From: a virus
DNA length: 43,037 nt
Strand: one strand, 5' to 3'
Virus record (IMG/VR): IMGVR_UViG_3300045988_172905
Location: 1 to 43,037 of that record
Position numbers and translations under genes: made by a program
Shown here: piece after piece, positions 1-8,189 of the stretch
Position numbering within the stretch: position 1 is the first letter of the stretch
Layout: each line of letters begins with the position of its first letter
The notes under the pieces: model-generated
What the model was told of the DNA's origin: nothing
Database searches by the model: none
Seen by the model: only the letters and a program-made list of their open reading frames with translations

Positions 1-55
1 GACTAATACTCATGGATATTGAAAATTCAAAGCATTTTTAAATGAAAGAGCCGTG
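1..55. repeat. Exact 55-bp terminal duplication (1-55 equals 42983-43037), the overlap of a circularly closed assembly
   Basis: Both ends read gactaatactcatggatattgaaaattcaaagcatttttaaatgaaagagccgtg. Unique length is therefore 42,982 bp. Confidence 0.95.
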
Positions 56-66
56 TCCACCCCATC

Positions 67-96
67 AATCCGCAAAAAATTTTGCGGATTTTTTTT
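67..96 (+). terminator. Hairpin plus T-run, intrinsic-terminator-like (cassette-junction repeat, copy 3)
   Basis: AATCCGCAA 67-75 pairs with TTGCGGATT 82-90, followed by a T-run to 96. It lies downstream, across the circular junction, of CDS 42266-42832. Confidence 0.6.
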
Positions 97-117
97 GGAG
101 GTTCCAAATAAGTGCTA

Positions 118-125
118 TATCTTTG
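118..125 (+). promoter_or_regulatory. Bacteroidota-type -7 promoter box TATCTTTG (TAnnTTTG consensus)
   Basis: Exact match to TAnnTTTG, directly after the terminator hairpin and 231 nt upstream of ATG 356. Confidence 0.6.
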
Positions 126-130
126 CAATA

Positions 131-351
131 GCTAAACTCAATGAAGATATTAAGTTCTTCCCGTCGGGCATCGGATATTGCTCACAACTTTACATTGCGG
201 TGGGCATTTTTTATTGCCCAATAACAGCCTCGGAATATACACATATACGGCTGCCTTATCCATAAAGATTTATGCTCCTCGGGGTATCTTCTTTGAGTTT
301 AGCGACGGGATAATGGCAGCCGTTTTTCTGCCTATTTGCTAAACTCAAAGA
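131..351 (+). promoter_or_regulatory. Structured 5' leader with three copies of a GCTAAACTCAA element (two direct, one inverted)
   Basis: 131-149 is complementary to 285-303 (18 of 19). 290-303 is perfectly complementary to 338-351, which ends 5 nt before ATG 356. Nested hairpins lie at 201-220, 225-253 and 315-332. Confidence 0.45.
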
Positions 352-355
352 TACA

Positions 356-613
356 ATGAACACAATTTCATTGACCCCGACGACACGAGTTGCCCCTGAT
401 GTGGGGCTGGCAAATGCGCTTGCCAGAAAAGCGCTTGAGTGTGTGACCTCGATGGGCTTCAACATTGCCCTGGGCATTGTGGCGATGGCCTGCGCCCTGC
501 CTTGGCTCGCCACTGGCGAGTATGCCGCCGTGATGGTGGCTGCCGTGGCGGCGTGGGGCATTCATCTATCGGTGTGGATGACCCTTGAAATAGCGAAAGG
601 AGGTGAACTATGA
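356..613 (+). CDS. Small membrane protein, two hydrophobic helices
   Basis: 85-aa ORF with the stretches FNIALGIVAMACALPWLA and AAVMVAAVAAWGIHLSVWMTL. Its stop overlaps the next start (ATGA at 610-613). Confidence 0.55.
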   Translation: MNTISLTPTTRVAPDVGLANALARKALECVTSMGFNIALGIVAMACALPWLATGEYAAVMVAAVAAWGIHLSVWMTLEIAKGGEL

Positions 614-915
614 ACAGCAAAGAATATCTCGAAAATCTGGAAGGCTTTATCCACGAACCCGAAGCTGTGGGCTTTGGCGACAACATTATCCCTGTGGCGA
701 TGTGGCTGCGCAACTTTATGCCGGGCGATGATGACAACGGCGCATTCAACAAGTCATCTGCAACCATCCGTGCAGCTCTGTGCGACATCGTGGACGTGAG
801 CCTTAACGACATCTCGCGCCTGATGGTGCTCAACGGCTACTCCCTGGGCGGTAGCAATCAGACCTACCCCGAGTGGCTCATGCAACCCATCGGAGACGAA
901 GATGACGATCAATAA
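610..915 (+). CDS. Hypothetical acidic protein
   Basis: 101-aa ORF with AGGAGG 8 nt upstream, translationally coupled to 356-613 and followed by a hairpin at 935-967. Confidence 0.6.
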   Translation: MNSKEYLENLEGFIHEPEAVGFGDNIIPVAMWLRNFMPGDDDNGAFNKSSATIRAALCDIVDVSLNDISRLMVLNGYSLGGSNQTYPEWLMQPIGDEDDDQ

Positions 916-934
916 TCAAATCTGACTATTCACT

Positions 935-967
935 GGGTGCCTCGTGGTGACACTTGGCACCCTTTAT
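935..967 (+). terminator. Candidate intrinsic terminator
   Basis: GGGTGCC 935-941 pairs with GGCACCC 956-962, followed by TTTAT. The T-run is weak. Confidence 0.4.
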
Positions 968-1013
968 GGTCAATTTTAACCAACATATTATTTTTGGTTT
1001 CGTTAATATATTA

Positions 1014-1021
1014 TATCTTTG
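1014..1021 (+). promoter_or_regulatory. -7 promoter box TATCTTTG
   Basis: Exact TAnnTTTG match 22 nt upstream of ATG 1043. Confidence 0.55.
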
Positions 1022-1042
1022 TAATCATAAAATCCCTTTATT

Positions 1043-1219
1043 ATGAGCATAATATTGAAGATATTGATTGGGCTGGTGCTGCTTCTCGTCCTTGTTGCGG
1101 TCGTTATCGCCACATCCGTGTTTGTTGCTGTGCTGTCGCATGAGCGACGTTGGCGCAAGTGTCTCAGTGATGACTATAAAATGTACAGCGATGCCAGGAG
1201 GCTCAAAAACGATGGTTGA
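1043..1219 (+). CDS. Small single-pass membrane protein (58 aa, below the ORF-track cutoff)
   Basis: Hand translation gives MSIILKILIGLVLLLVLVAVVIATSVFVAVLSHERRWRKCLSDDYKMYSDARRLKNDG. It has its own -7 box and its stop overlaps ATG 1212. Confidence 0.45.
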   Translation: MSIILKILIGLVLLLVLVAVVIATSVFVAVLSHERRWRKCLSDDYKMYSDARRLKNDG

Positions 1220-1571
1220 ACTGTCTAACCTACGACCATCTGCCGCAACAGACTTAGAGCCGGGAGAGTGGGTGAAAGTTCCGCCTCGAAGTGCTGAAAG
1301 AGCTCGTCTAACTTCAGCCATTGACGGCTATCTCCTATCAGCGGGATTATACGCCACAAATCTGGACATGCGACAAAAGATGGCAGGATGGTTGCTGCAA
1401 TGCGTTTGTATATTCCTCGCTGATAGTCTGGTGAGGATAACAGGTCAAGGTTTTGCGATATATAATCCCGAAGATGGTCAGCGCATAGTTGTCCGCTTGT
1501 CAGTTGATCCAGATATTCGCGGACCGAGGGGGCATATTGGCGTGGTAAAGGATTATTCTCACACCAAATGA
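1212..1571 (+). CDS. Hypothetical protein (119 aa)
   Basis: This is the in-frame ATG of ORF 1068-1571 that overlaps the stop of 1043-1219 (ATGGTTGA). In the first ~36 codons that I sampled, codon position 1 is G/purine rich on the plus frame, favouring it over the antisense ORF 1225-1713. Confidence 0.45.
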   Translation: MVELSNLRPSAATDLEPGEWVKVPPRSAERARLTSAIDGYLLSAGLYATNLDMRQKMAGWLLQCVCIFLADSLVRITGQGFAIYNPEDGQRIVVRLSVDPDIRGPRGHIGVVKDYSHTK

Positions 1572-1670
1572 CAAAATGATGAATACAATAAATGGAGCAC
1601 AGCTCACACAATGTTTCCTCAACGCGAGGCTCAATTAAAGACCCTCGAAGACAGCATTCACTACTACGAG

Positions 1671-1693
1671 GACGGCTATTAATCCGTCTTTTT
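1671..1693 (+). terminator. Intrinsic terminator
   Basis: GACGG 1671-1675 pairs with CCGTC 1684-1688, followed by TTTTT 1689-1693. Confidence 0.55.
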
Positions 1694-1712
1694 ATCATAA
1701 CGAGCAACCCCA

Positions 1713-1720
1713 TAACTTTG
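1713..1720 (+). promoter_or_regulatory. -7 promoter box TAACTTTG; near-leaderless start for 1725
   Basis: Exact TAnnTTTG match ending 4 nt before ATG 1725. Confidence 0.5.
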
Positions 1721-1724
1721 CGCT

Positions 1725-2744
1725 ATGATTAATTTCGCAGACATAGGCAGCTGGCACTTCGTGACTGAGCTTGACGTGATAGAGGTCACGTCGACTAGCG
1801 ATGTGTCATTCACCATCGTCGACAGCGGTGGCACTATTCTCAATGGCACCTACACTCCGGTGACCGGCACGGTGCGCATCTATCACCTGGCACGCTTGTT
1901 GCGCCCGTTGATCGATGGCGTGACAGCCGTGTTCACCTTCACCGCTGGCAGCACAAGCAAGACAGTGCATGTGGTGCAGAGTGGCGTGACGGTGAGCGAG
2001 AGCGCCGCAACTTTCCTACCGAGCTTCTTCCTCAGTGCGGTGATGACCGAGCGCGACACCTCGCTGGAGCGCAAGGAACTCCTGACGCTGCTTCCCATTG
2101 AGCAGTCACTGCCTACCGTGCAAGCGGTGTGCAGCTACTGGGATGGCGATGCTGTGATGACCGCCAACAAACCTGTCACAACCACTGGCATGACAGCTAA
2201 CACACCATTTGAGATTGATGTGAGCGCAGCGCAGTTTGTTGATACGACCATTGGCACGCTCGTAGCGTACAGCATCGTTGCCGGTGAGCGCACTATGCGC
2301 TTCCGCGTGACCTCGCTACCGACGGCTGAATATGCTATGCTCTTCCGCAACACCTTTGGCGCATGGGAGCCTATATACTTCGCTGGCATGACCGAGGACT
2401 CTCCCGAATACACCCGTGAGACCTCTATGGTCAATGGCGCATTGAAACTCTACAACCTCGAGGAGACTGCATCGTTCAAGTCGTGGACTGGTCCTCTGCG
2501 CCCTAGTGGCGTGGCTCTCGCCCGAGACCTTGCCCGATGCATCACTACCGTTTGCCTGTTGGAGCGTGGCATGGCAGCCGACGTTGTGGTCATCTCGGAT
2601 GTTGATGTGAAGCATACCAGCGCCGACAACGATATTGCAGACTTTACATTTACATGGCGACGCTCGGCAATGTGGAGCGTGATGCTCAAGACCGTTCGCC
2701 CGCCTAAACTATTTGACGAGACTTTCGATGAGACCTACAACTAA
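1725..2744 (+). CDS. Virion structural protein, function unknown
   Basis: 339-aa ORF with high GC3 like the core genes. It is the first gene of the structural block after the accessory island. Confidence 0.7.
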   Translation: MINFADIGSWHFVTELDVIEVTSTSDVSFTIVDSGGTILNGTYTPVTGTVRIYHLARLLRPLIDGVTAVFTFTAGSTSKTVHVVQSGVTVSESAATFLPSFFLSAVMTERDTSLERKELLTLLPIEQSLPTVQAVCSYWDGDAVMTANKPVTTTGMTANTPFEIDVSAAQFVDTTIGTLVAYSIVAGERTMRFRVTSLPTAEYAMLFRNTFGAWEPIYFAGMTEDSPEYTRETSMVNGALKLYNLEETASFKSWTGPLRPSGVALARDLARCITTVCLLERGMAADVVVISDVDVKHTSADNDIADFTFTWRRSAMWSVMLKTVRPPKLFDETFDETYN

Positions 2745-2976
2745 AGGCGTGATCCACATCAAGGATGCCATCACGCTGCTTGAAGCCGGCTATCCTTGCG
2801 ACCTGCGCGTGTGGAAACTGAGCACAGGCGACATCCTTGAATACAAGGGCGTGACCTGCATCGGTGGCCACTGGCGCAAAGGCACGCACCGCATACGCCT
2901 CCCGGAGAGCCAACTGGTGCGTGAGTTCCGCGACGTGACACTATTTGAGATTAACAACATGACGATATACCGATGA
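2728..2976 (+). CDS. Hypothetical small protein
   Basis: First ATG of ORF 2713-2976 (the track start is TTG). Its stop overlaps ATG 2973. Confidence 0.55.
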   Translation: MRPTTKGVIHIKDAITLLEAGYPCDLRVWKLSTGDILEYKGVTCIGGHWRKGTHRIRLPESQLVREFRDVTLFEINNMTIYR

Positions 2977-4364
2977 GAAAAGATGATTTTACTTTGCCCA
3001 AGGGCGAGATATTCGAGGTCGGGAAGAGCAAGGTGGCCGCGCTGATGAGCGAGGTGAACAGCAGTGCCGACATCTTTGATGAGGACGGGCTGCCCTCAGT
3101 GAGTAACGTGCCAGGCTACGGCGGCAAGTACCAGTACGTGCCGTTTGGCTTGGATGACCAGCTGCCGTTTGAGATGATCCGGCTGATTGGTGAGGACGAA
3201 ATCATGTCACAGAACAAACTGTTCAATGTCCTCACCTGCTACGGCAACGGTTTGCGCTACAACGACACAAATACTGGCGCACCGACCACCGACGCAGAAA
3301 TTAGCCGATGGATGTTCCAAAACTCGCTGCCGGAGTTTTTCCTGGAGCAAGCCACCGACATGAAGTATTTCTTCTTTGCCGTGGCAGTGATTATCATGAG
3401 CCGCGACGGCAAGAAGATTGTGCAGGTGCGACACAAAGAGGCGTGCTACTGCCGCTTTGAAAAGGCAGACAGCCGTGGCCGCATCAACCATGTATTCTAT
3501 GCCAACTGGCGAGGGCTGCGTGGGATTGCGGCTAAAGACATCGAGGTGATTCAGCTTCTCGACGAGAAAGACCCTCTCGGGCACCTCGAGGTGCTGATGG
3601 GTCGTGCCCCTGGTTGGGATGGCATAACCAAGGAGCGCACCAAGAACAGAAAGTTTGCCGTGCTGATGCGCTTCCCGACACCTGGGCTTCAGTACTACCC
3701 TGTGCCGTACTACACCGCCATCTTCCGTGGCGATTGGTTTGACATCAAGAAACTAATCGGTACCGGCAAGAAAGCGAAGTTGCGCAACCACGCCTCGGTG
3801 AAGTATCAGGTGGAAGTACACCGCGACTACTGGTATAACATCTGCGACGAGGAGAACATCACCGACCCGCTGAAGCAAGCCGAGCGAATCAAGAAGGAGA
3901 AGGAGAATATCAAGAACTTCGTGGCTGGCATCGAGAACAGCGGCAAGGTGTGGATTACGGGGTACTATATCGACCCCAACGGCAAAGAAAACCGCATGGT
4001 GCGCATCAACGTGATTGACGCGAGCAAGGAAGGCGGCGACTGGAGCGAAGACATTCAAGAAGCCGCCAACATGACATGCTATGGCGACAACATCCACCCG
4101 AACCTCGTGGGCGCGACACCAGGCAAGAGTCAAAGCAACAACAGCGGCAGCGATAAGCGTGAGTTGTTCACCTTGAAGCAGTCGCTCGAGAAGTCGTGGC
4201 ATGATATCATGATGAAGATTCACCAGGTGGTTATCTTCTACAACGGCTGGCAAGACAAGGTTGTCCCTGATGTGCCACTCATCATGCTCACCACTCTCGA
4301 CCAGAAGACTGATGCCAAAGAGATTTCGTTGAACCAAGATAACAATAATGACAATGACGCGTGA
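2973..4364 (+). CDS. Putative portal protein
   Basis: 463 aa, one of only two portal-sized or larger unassigned ORFs in the genome (the other is 12741-14801), with ATGA coupling to neighbours and a polar, Asn/Asp-rich C-terminal tail. The assignment rests on size, context and recollection of Bacteroidota phage portals and is unverified. Confidence 0.55.
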   Translation: MRKDDFTLPKGEIFEVGKSKVAALMSEVNSSADIFDEDGLPSVSNVPGYGGKYQYVPFGLDDQLPFEMIRLIGEDEIMSQNKLFNVLTCYGNGLRYNDTNTGAPTTDAEISRWMFQNSLPEFFLEQATDMKYFFFAVAVIIMSRDGKKIVQVRHKEACYCRFEKADSRGRINHVFYANWRGLRGIAAKDIEVIQLLDEKDPLGHLEVLMGRAPGWDGITKERTKNRKFAVLMRFPTPGLQYYPVPYYTAIFRGDWFDIKKLIGTGKKAKLRNHASVKYQVEVHRDYWYNICDEENITDPLKQAERIKKEKENIKNFVAGIENSGKVWITGYYIDPNGKENRMVRINVIDASKEGGDWSEDIQEAANMTCYGDNIHPNLVGATPGKSQSNNSGSDKRELFTLKQSLEKSWHDIMMKIHQVVIFYNGWQDKVVPDVPLIMLTTLDQKTDAKEISLNQDNNNDNDA

Positions 4365-5160
4365 AAATTTTGAATACTATGTGCCGAGTGCAGTGATGCC
4401 AACCGAAGACTTGTTTGAGCGCATAGCGGAGTACTTTGAGGAGGCTGAGGGAGACGTTAAGAGTCTGCTCGGTAGTGACCTTTACGATGCTCGTGACCAA
4501 GACTTGACATTGCTTAACCTGTGCAAGCGGACGGTGTGCCTTGTCGCCTACAAGATGGCGGTTCCACACCTTGACCTGGTGCTTACAGATAATGGTTTCG
4601 GCGTGGTGAGCAATCAGAACGTGGCTCCAGCAAGCGCAGAGCGTGTGAACCGCTTGCGCCAGCAGGTGCAGTTCTCGCTTGATGACACCATCGATGAACT
4701 TCTGGACTACCTGCGTGGTAATGCAAAATGGGTGGACACCTACACGGCTCGAGGCGTGTTCCGCTCGCTGGCGTGGAACGGACGGCAGCAGCTGGTGTAC
4801 TTCGCCATGCCTAACGGACACAGATCGTCGCTGGACGAACTGCGTCCGAAGATATCGGCAGCCGAAGAAAAGGTGAAGCACTGCATTTCACCTGAGTTCT
4901 TTGATGAACTGTGCGATGCCGTGCGTCTGCGTACCGCCACAGCGGAGCAGAACACAGCCATCCACAAGATACTGATGACGATTGGTGCAGACGTTACCGA
5001 TGACAAAGCGATGGCACACTTCCACGTGAAGAAACTCGTGGAGTGGCTTGACGGAAACATCCGCACCTTCCCGACCTACGCCAACTCTACCGCCTACGCA
5101 GCCAACACTTTTGAACCCTACAAGAACGAAAAAGATGATCCGTGCTACTTTTTCGGATGA
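4348..5160 (+). CDS. Hypothetical structural protein (connector region)
   Basis: 270-aa ORF overlapping the portal stop, with core-like codon usage. Confidence 0.6.
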   Translation: MTMTRENFEYYVPSAVMPTEDLFERIAEYFEEAEGDVKSLLGSDLYDARDQDLTLLNLCKRTVCLVAYKMAVPHLDLVLTDNGFGVVSNQNVAPASAERVNRLRQQVQFSLDDTIDELLDYLRGNAKWVDTYTARGVFRSLAWNGRQQLVYFAMPNGHRSSLDELRPKISAAEEKVKHCISPEFFDELCDAVRLRTATAEQNTAIHKILMTIGADVTDDKAMAHFHVKKLVEWLDGNIRTFPTYANSTAYAANTFEPYKNEKDDPCYFFG

Positions 5161-5893
5161 GCGCAACGCCATCAACTTTAACCTGCCAAAAGGATGGGAT
5201 GAGTTGTGCCAAAACGAACTTTGCATGGTGATGCGCTGCAAGGCTCGGCAAGAAGAACCACACCAGGCTAAATTCGCCGTATTGCTCCACCTAACTGGGT
5301 TGAAGGTGCTGCGCCGTGAAGGTGAGATGTGGGTGTGCAGCGTGCCGACTGGCGAGAAGAATCCAAAACGCTTTCTTCTCGATCCTGAACTTCTGCCAGG
5401 TCTGCTTGATGGCTTGAACTGGATGGATGATCCAGGGGAGATGCCCGTGCGACTTGACACCCTGCATGGCGCTGAAGCCCTACCAGTGAGGCTGCATGGC
5501 GTGCCGTTCACCAACTACCTGCAATGCGAGAACTGCTACCAAGGCATCTTGCAGAGTCAGAAAGAAGAAGCCGTGCAGCACCTTGCTACGCTACTTTATC
5601 CTGGACTGCAAAAAACACTTGCCGTATGGGAGCAGCTGCTGGTCATCCAATGGTGGGCGCAATTGAAAGCAATGTTTGCCGCATTATTCCCCCATCTATT
5701 CAAACCCAGCGGAGCGACTGTTGGCACGCCCGACATGATGGAGGTGATGAACAACCAAATTCGCGCATTGACGGGCGGCGATGTGACCAAAGAAGAAGAA
5801 ATACTCAAAATCGATACTTGGCGTGCCTTGACCGAGCTTGACGCAAAAGCCAAGGAAGCCGACGAGTTCAACCAAAAGATGAAGAAAAAATGA
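5135..5893 (+). CDS. Hypothetical structural protein
   Basis: Start taken at the internal ATG MIRATF. The upstream part of ORF 5048-5893 is Pro/Thr-rich junk overlapping the previous gene. Confidence 0.6.
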   Translation: MIRATFSDERNAINFNLPKGWDELCQNELCMVMRCKARQEEPHQAKFAVLLHLTGLKVLRREGEMWVCSVPTGEKNPKRFLLDPELLPGLLDGLNWMDDPGEMPVRLDTLHGAEALPVRLHGVPFTNYLQCENCYQGILQSQKEEAVQHLATLLYPGLQKTLAVWEQLLVIQWWAQLKAMFAALFPHLFKPSGATVGTPDMMEVMNNQIRALTGGDVTKEEEILKIDTWRALTELDAKAKEADEFNQKMKKK

Positions 5894-6393
5894 ATGCGAA
5901 ACAACTCTTTGACTACATAGGTTACTTCGAGGACCTGTGGCAGAGCAACAGACTGGCGCAGGCCGAGAACTTCAAGTTCTGCACCTGCTCGGGCATCGAG
6001 ACCCTGCAGGGGCCGCTGCAGCAGTTCCGCACCGCAAACGCATTCTTCTGCGTGGATGACACCAACGATGGTGCCACTTTCAGAGGCCGCAATGGTGGGT
6101 GGTTCAAGAAACGCACGGTGACGGTGTTTCTTATGCACCGCTACAACATCAAATCGATGGACACCTACACGGCAGCCCTTGATAAATGCCGCACGCTGTT
6201 TCGTCAGCTGCTGACGCGCATGATCATTGACGAAGATGCGCTGAGCAATGATATGGTGTACCTGCGCACGGAGAGCGTGCTGAGCCGCGAGCTTGGACAA
6301 TACTTCCTTAATGGCTGCACTGGTCTCTACTTCATGGTAGAGGTCGCCGAGCCAATTGACCTAACCTTTGACACAACGGAATGGCAGAGCTGA
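5890..6393 (+). CDS. Hypothetical structural protein
   Basis: 167-aa ORF with ATGA overlap to the previous gene. Confidence 0.65.
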   Translation: MNAKQLFDYIGYFEDLWQSNRLAQAENFKFCTCSGIETLQGPLQQFRTANAFFCVDDTNDGATFRGRNGGWFKKRTVTVFLMHRYNIKSMDTYTAALDKCRTLFRQLLTRMIIDEDALSNDMVYLRTESVLSRELGQYFLNGCTGLYFMVEVAEPIDLTFDTTEWQS

Positions 6394-6929
6394 ACCGACA
6401 GGAGATAGAACGCCAGCAGCAACTGTGGGTTGACAACTGGGCGAAGATGATGGCGCAGATATGGCAAGACAAACTGAAATTCTGGGCTATAAAGGACACG
6501 GGGGCGCTGATGAAGTCGTTCACCGAGAGCGTGACCCACGATGGACTGAGCGCAAACATCGTAATGCGCTTCCTTGCCTACGGTATCTATCAAGCCTATG
6601 GCGTGGGCAACGGCTACAGCCACAACAACGGCGGCGATCTGCCGTTCCTGGGTGCGGCCTACCGCAAGGAGCACGGTTTAAAAGAACCCCGCCTTGCCGG
6701 TGGTAAAAAGCCAGATGGAGACATACCTACCAGTGGTCAGCCACGTAAAAAAGGTTATGGCTATTTAAGCAGCGGTGAGCCCCGTGAAAGGCGTGACTGG
6801 TTCAACCCCAAACTCTACGCGTCACTGATGCGCATGAAAGAGACCATGGCGCACATGGTGGGCGAGGATGCAGCTGCATTGATCTGCGAAGCCCTCGAGG
6901 ATGCCCGCAAAGCCGTAGGTCGCCGTTAG
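6381..6929 (+). CDS. Hypothetical structural protein
   Basis: 182-aa ORF overlapping the previous stop by 13 nt. Confidence 0.65.
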   Translation: MAELNRQEIERQQQLWVDNWAKMMAQIWQDKLKFWAIKDTGALMKSFTESVTHDGLSANIVMRFLAYGIYQAYGVGNGYSHNNGGDLPFLGAAYRKEHGLKEPRLAGGKKPDGDIPTSGQPRKKGYGYLSSGEPRERRDWFNPKLYASLMRMKETMAHMVGEDAAALICEALEDARKAVGRR

Positions 6930-6960
6930 TGTTGTCTTTTTGGTTGTGCAGACGGAGTGA

Positions 6961-6968
6961 TATATTTG
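6961..6968 (+). promoter_or_regulatory. -7 promoter box TATATTTG
   Basis: Exact TAnnTTTG match 32 nt upstream of ATG 7000. Confidence 0.55.
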
Positions 6969-6999
6969 CAGTGTTTTTAATCACTAAAATCATCATGTA

Positions 7000-7950
7000 A
7001 TGAGTAAACTAAACAACCTCTTGCAACAAGCCGCCGTGATTCGTGACGCTACTGAAGAGCACGAGAATACGGCTGTGAGAGTGGGCACGATGTTTGTGGA
7101 CTTCATCCAGAGTTGTATGGACGTGTTGCCCAAAGAGATAGTGGATGCCACCGGTATTTCTACGAGCGCCAGCGAGACCAACTTTGTGGTGAGGTATCGC
7201 ACCATTGACGATACAGGCTCGAGTGTGAGCAAAAGCATCACCATCCCTGCCGCGTCGAGTGACAACGCCGGCTTGCTATCGACGTCGCTTCTGGCTGAAA
7301 TTAACCAAGCCGTGTCATCAGTGGTAAACGCTGTGAGCGAGCTTGCCACGGTGCGAGGTATTGCCGAGACCGCCCAAACAACCTCTACCCGTGCCGAGGG
7401 CAAGGCAGACACCGCACAAGCGGCCGCCGCTGCCGCCAAAAGCACCGCCGACGGTGTGGCCGCCACTGTGGAGGCGATGAAGAAATACGGCTACAAGTTC
7501 ATTGGCGTGGCCACGCCGACCACGGACCCCGGCACACCGAGCGAGAACGTGTTCTACCTCGCCACCACAGAGGGCGACTACACCAACTTCCCGACTAACG
7601 AGTTAAGCGAAGAAGGTCCAATCCATTTCCACCTCGGAGCCGACGAGGTTGCCATCTTGCGCTACACCAATCCGACCGACGACACGCCAATCATCACCAA
7701 CTGGAGCAAGGTGACGCTGAACCTTACCAAAGGTACTGCGATAACCGAAATAAGAACCACCATTGAGGAGAAACAAGACAAGCTTGTGAGCGGCACTAAC
7801 ATCAAAACTGTTAACGGGCAGTCGATGCTCGGCCAAGGAGATGTGGCAATCACGTCTGGAGGCGGAGGAGGCGCAAACATCAATGTTGTTGACAAGGTGC
7901 CTGACGCACTTGAGCCAGGCACAATTTACCTAATTAAATCAGAGGATTAA
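7000..7950 (+). CDS. Tail fibre protein
   Basis: Ala/Thr-rich coiled-coil segment, the fibre-type motif GTNIKTVNGQSMLGQGDV, and a Gly5 linker near the C-terminus. Confidence 0.6.
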   Translation: MSKLNNLLQQAAVIRDATEEHENTAVRVGTMFVDFIQSCMDVLPKEIVDATGISTSASETNFVVRYRTIDDTGSSVSKSITIPAASSDNAGLLSTSLLAEINQAVSSVVNAVSELATVRGIAETAQTTSTRAEGKADTAQAAAAAAKSTADGVAATVEAMKKYGYKFIGVATPTTDPGTPSENVFYLATTEGDYTNFPTNELSEEGPIHFHLGADEVAILRYTNPTDDTPIITNWSKVTLNLTKGTAITEIRTTIEEKQDKLVSGTNIKTVNGQSMLGQGDVAITSGGGGGANINVVDKVPDALEPGTIYLIKSED

Positions 7951-7953
7951 GAT

Positions 7954-8187
7954 ATGAGCAAAATCAAACAAATCAACGTGGACGGCACCACCTACGACCT
8001 TGGCATCAAGGAGGTGGTTCAGATAGCTGATGATGGGTTTTATCTGACTGACATCAACGACAATGTTGCGCTCAAATATGATGGCAACGGGCTTGATGCG
8101 GCAAAAGTGAGTGAACATCTTAAATCTCTGCTGATGAGCAGTGGAGAAAATCCAGGTATTAACTATGATATAGTAAGCGAAATATAA
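7954..8187 (+). CDS. Small hypothetical protein in the fibre cassette
   Basis: 77-aa ORF tightly packed between fibre genes. Confidence 0.5.
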   Translation: MSKIKQINVDGTTYDLGIKEVVQIADDGFYLTDINDNVALKYDGNGLDAAKVSEHLKSLLMSSGENPGINYDIVSEI

Positions 8188-8189
8188 TT

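Noticed and set aside
53-561. ORFs 53-265 (+) and 256-561 (-) from the track.
   Set aside because: 53-265 runs through a terminator hairpin, a promoter box and the structured leader, and translates to implausible sequence. 256-561 is antisense to the leader and to CDS 356-613 and looks like a shadow ORF.
1225-1713. A 162-aa minus-strand ORF overlapping plus-strand ORF 1068-1571.
   Set aside because: In the first ~36 codons I sampled, codon position 1 is G-rich and purine-rich in the plus frame and correspondingly C-rich and pyrimidine-rich in the minus frame. The minus N-terminus is Cys/Trp-rich junk. The plus gene fits a promoter-gene-gene-terminator cassette. The call remains low confidence.
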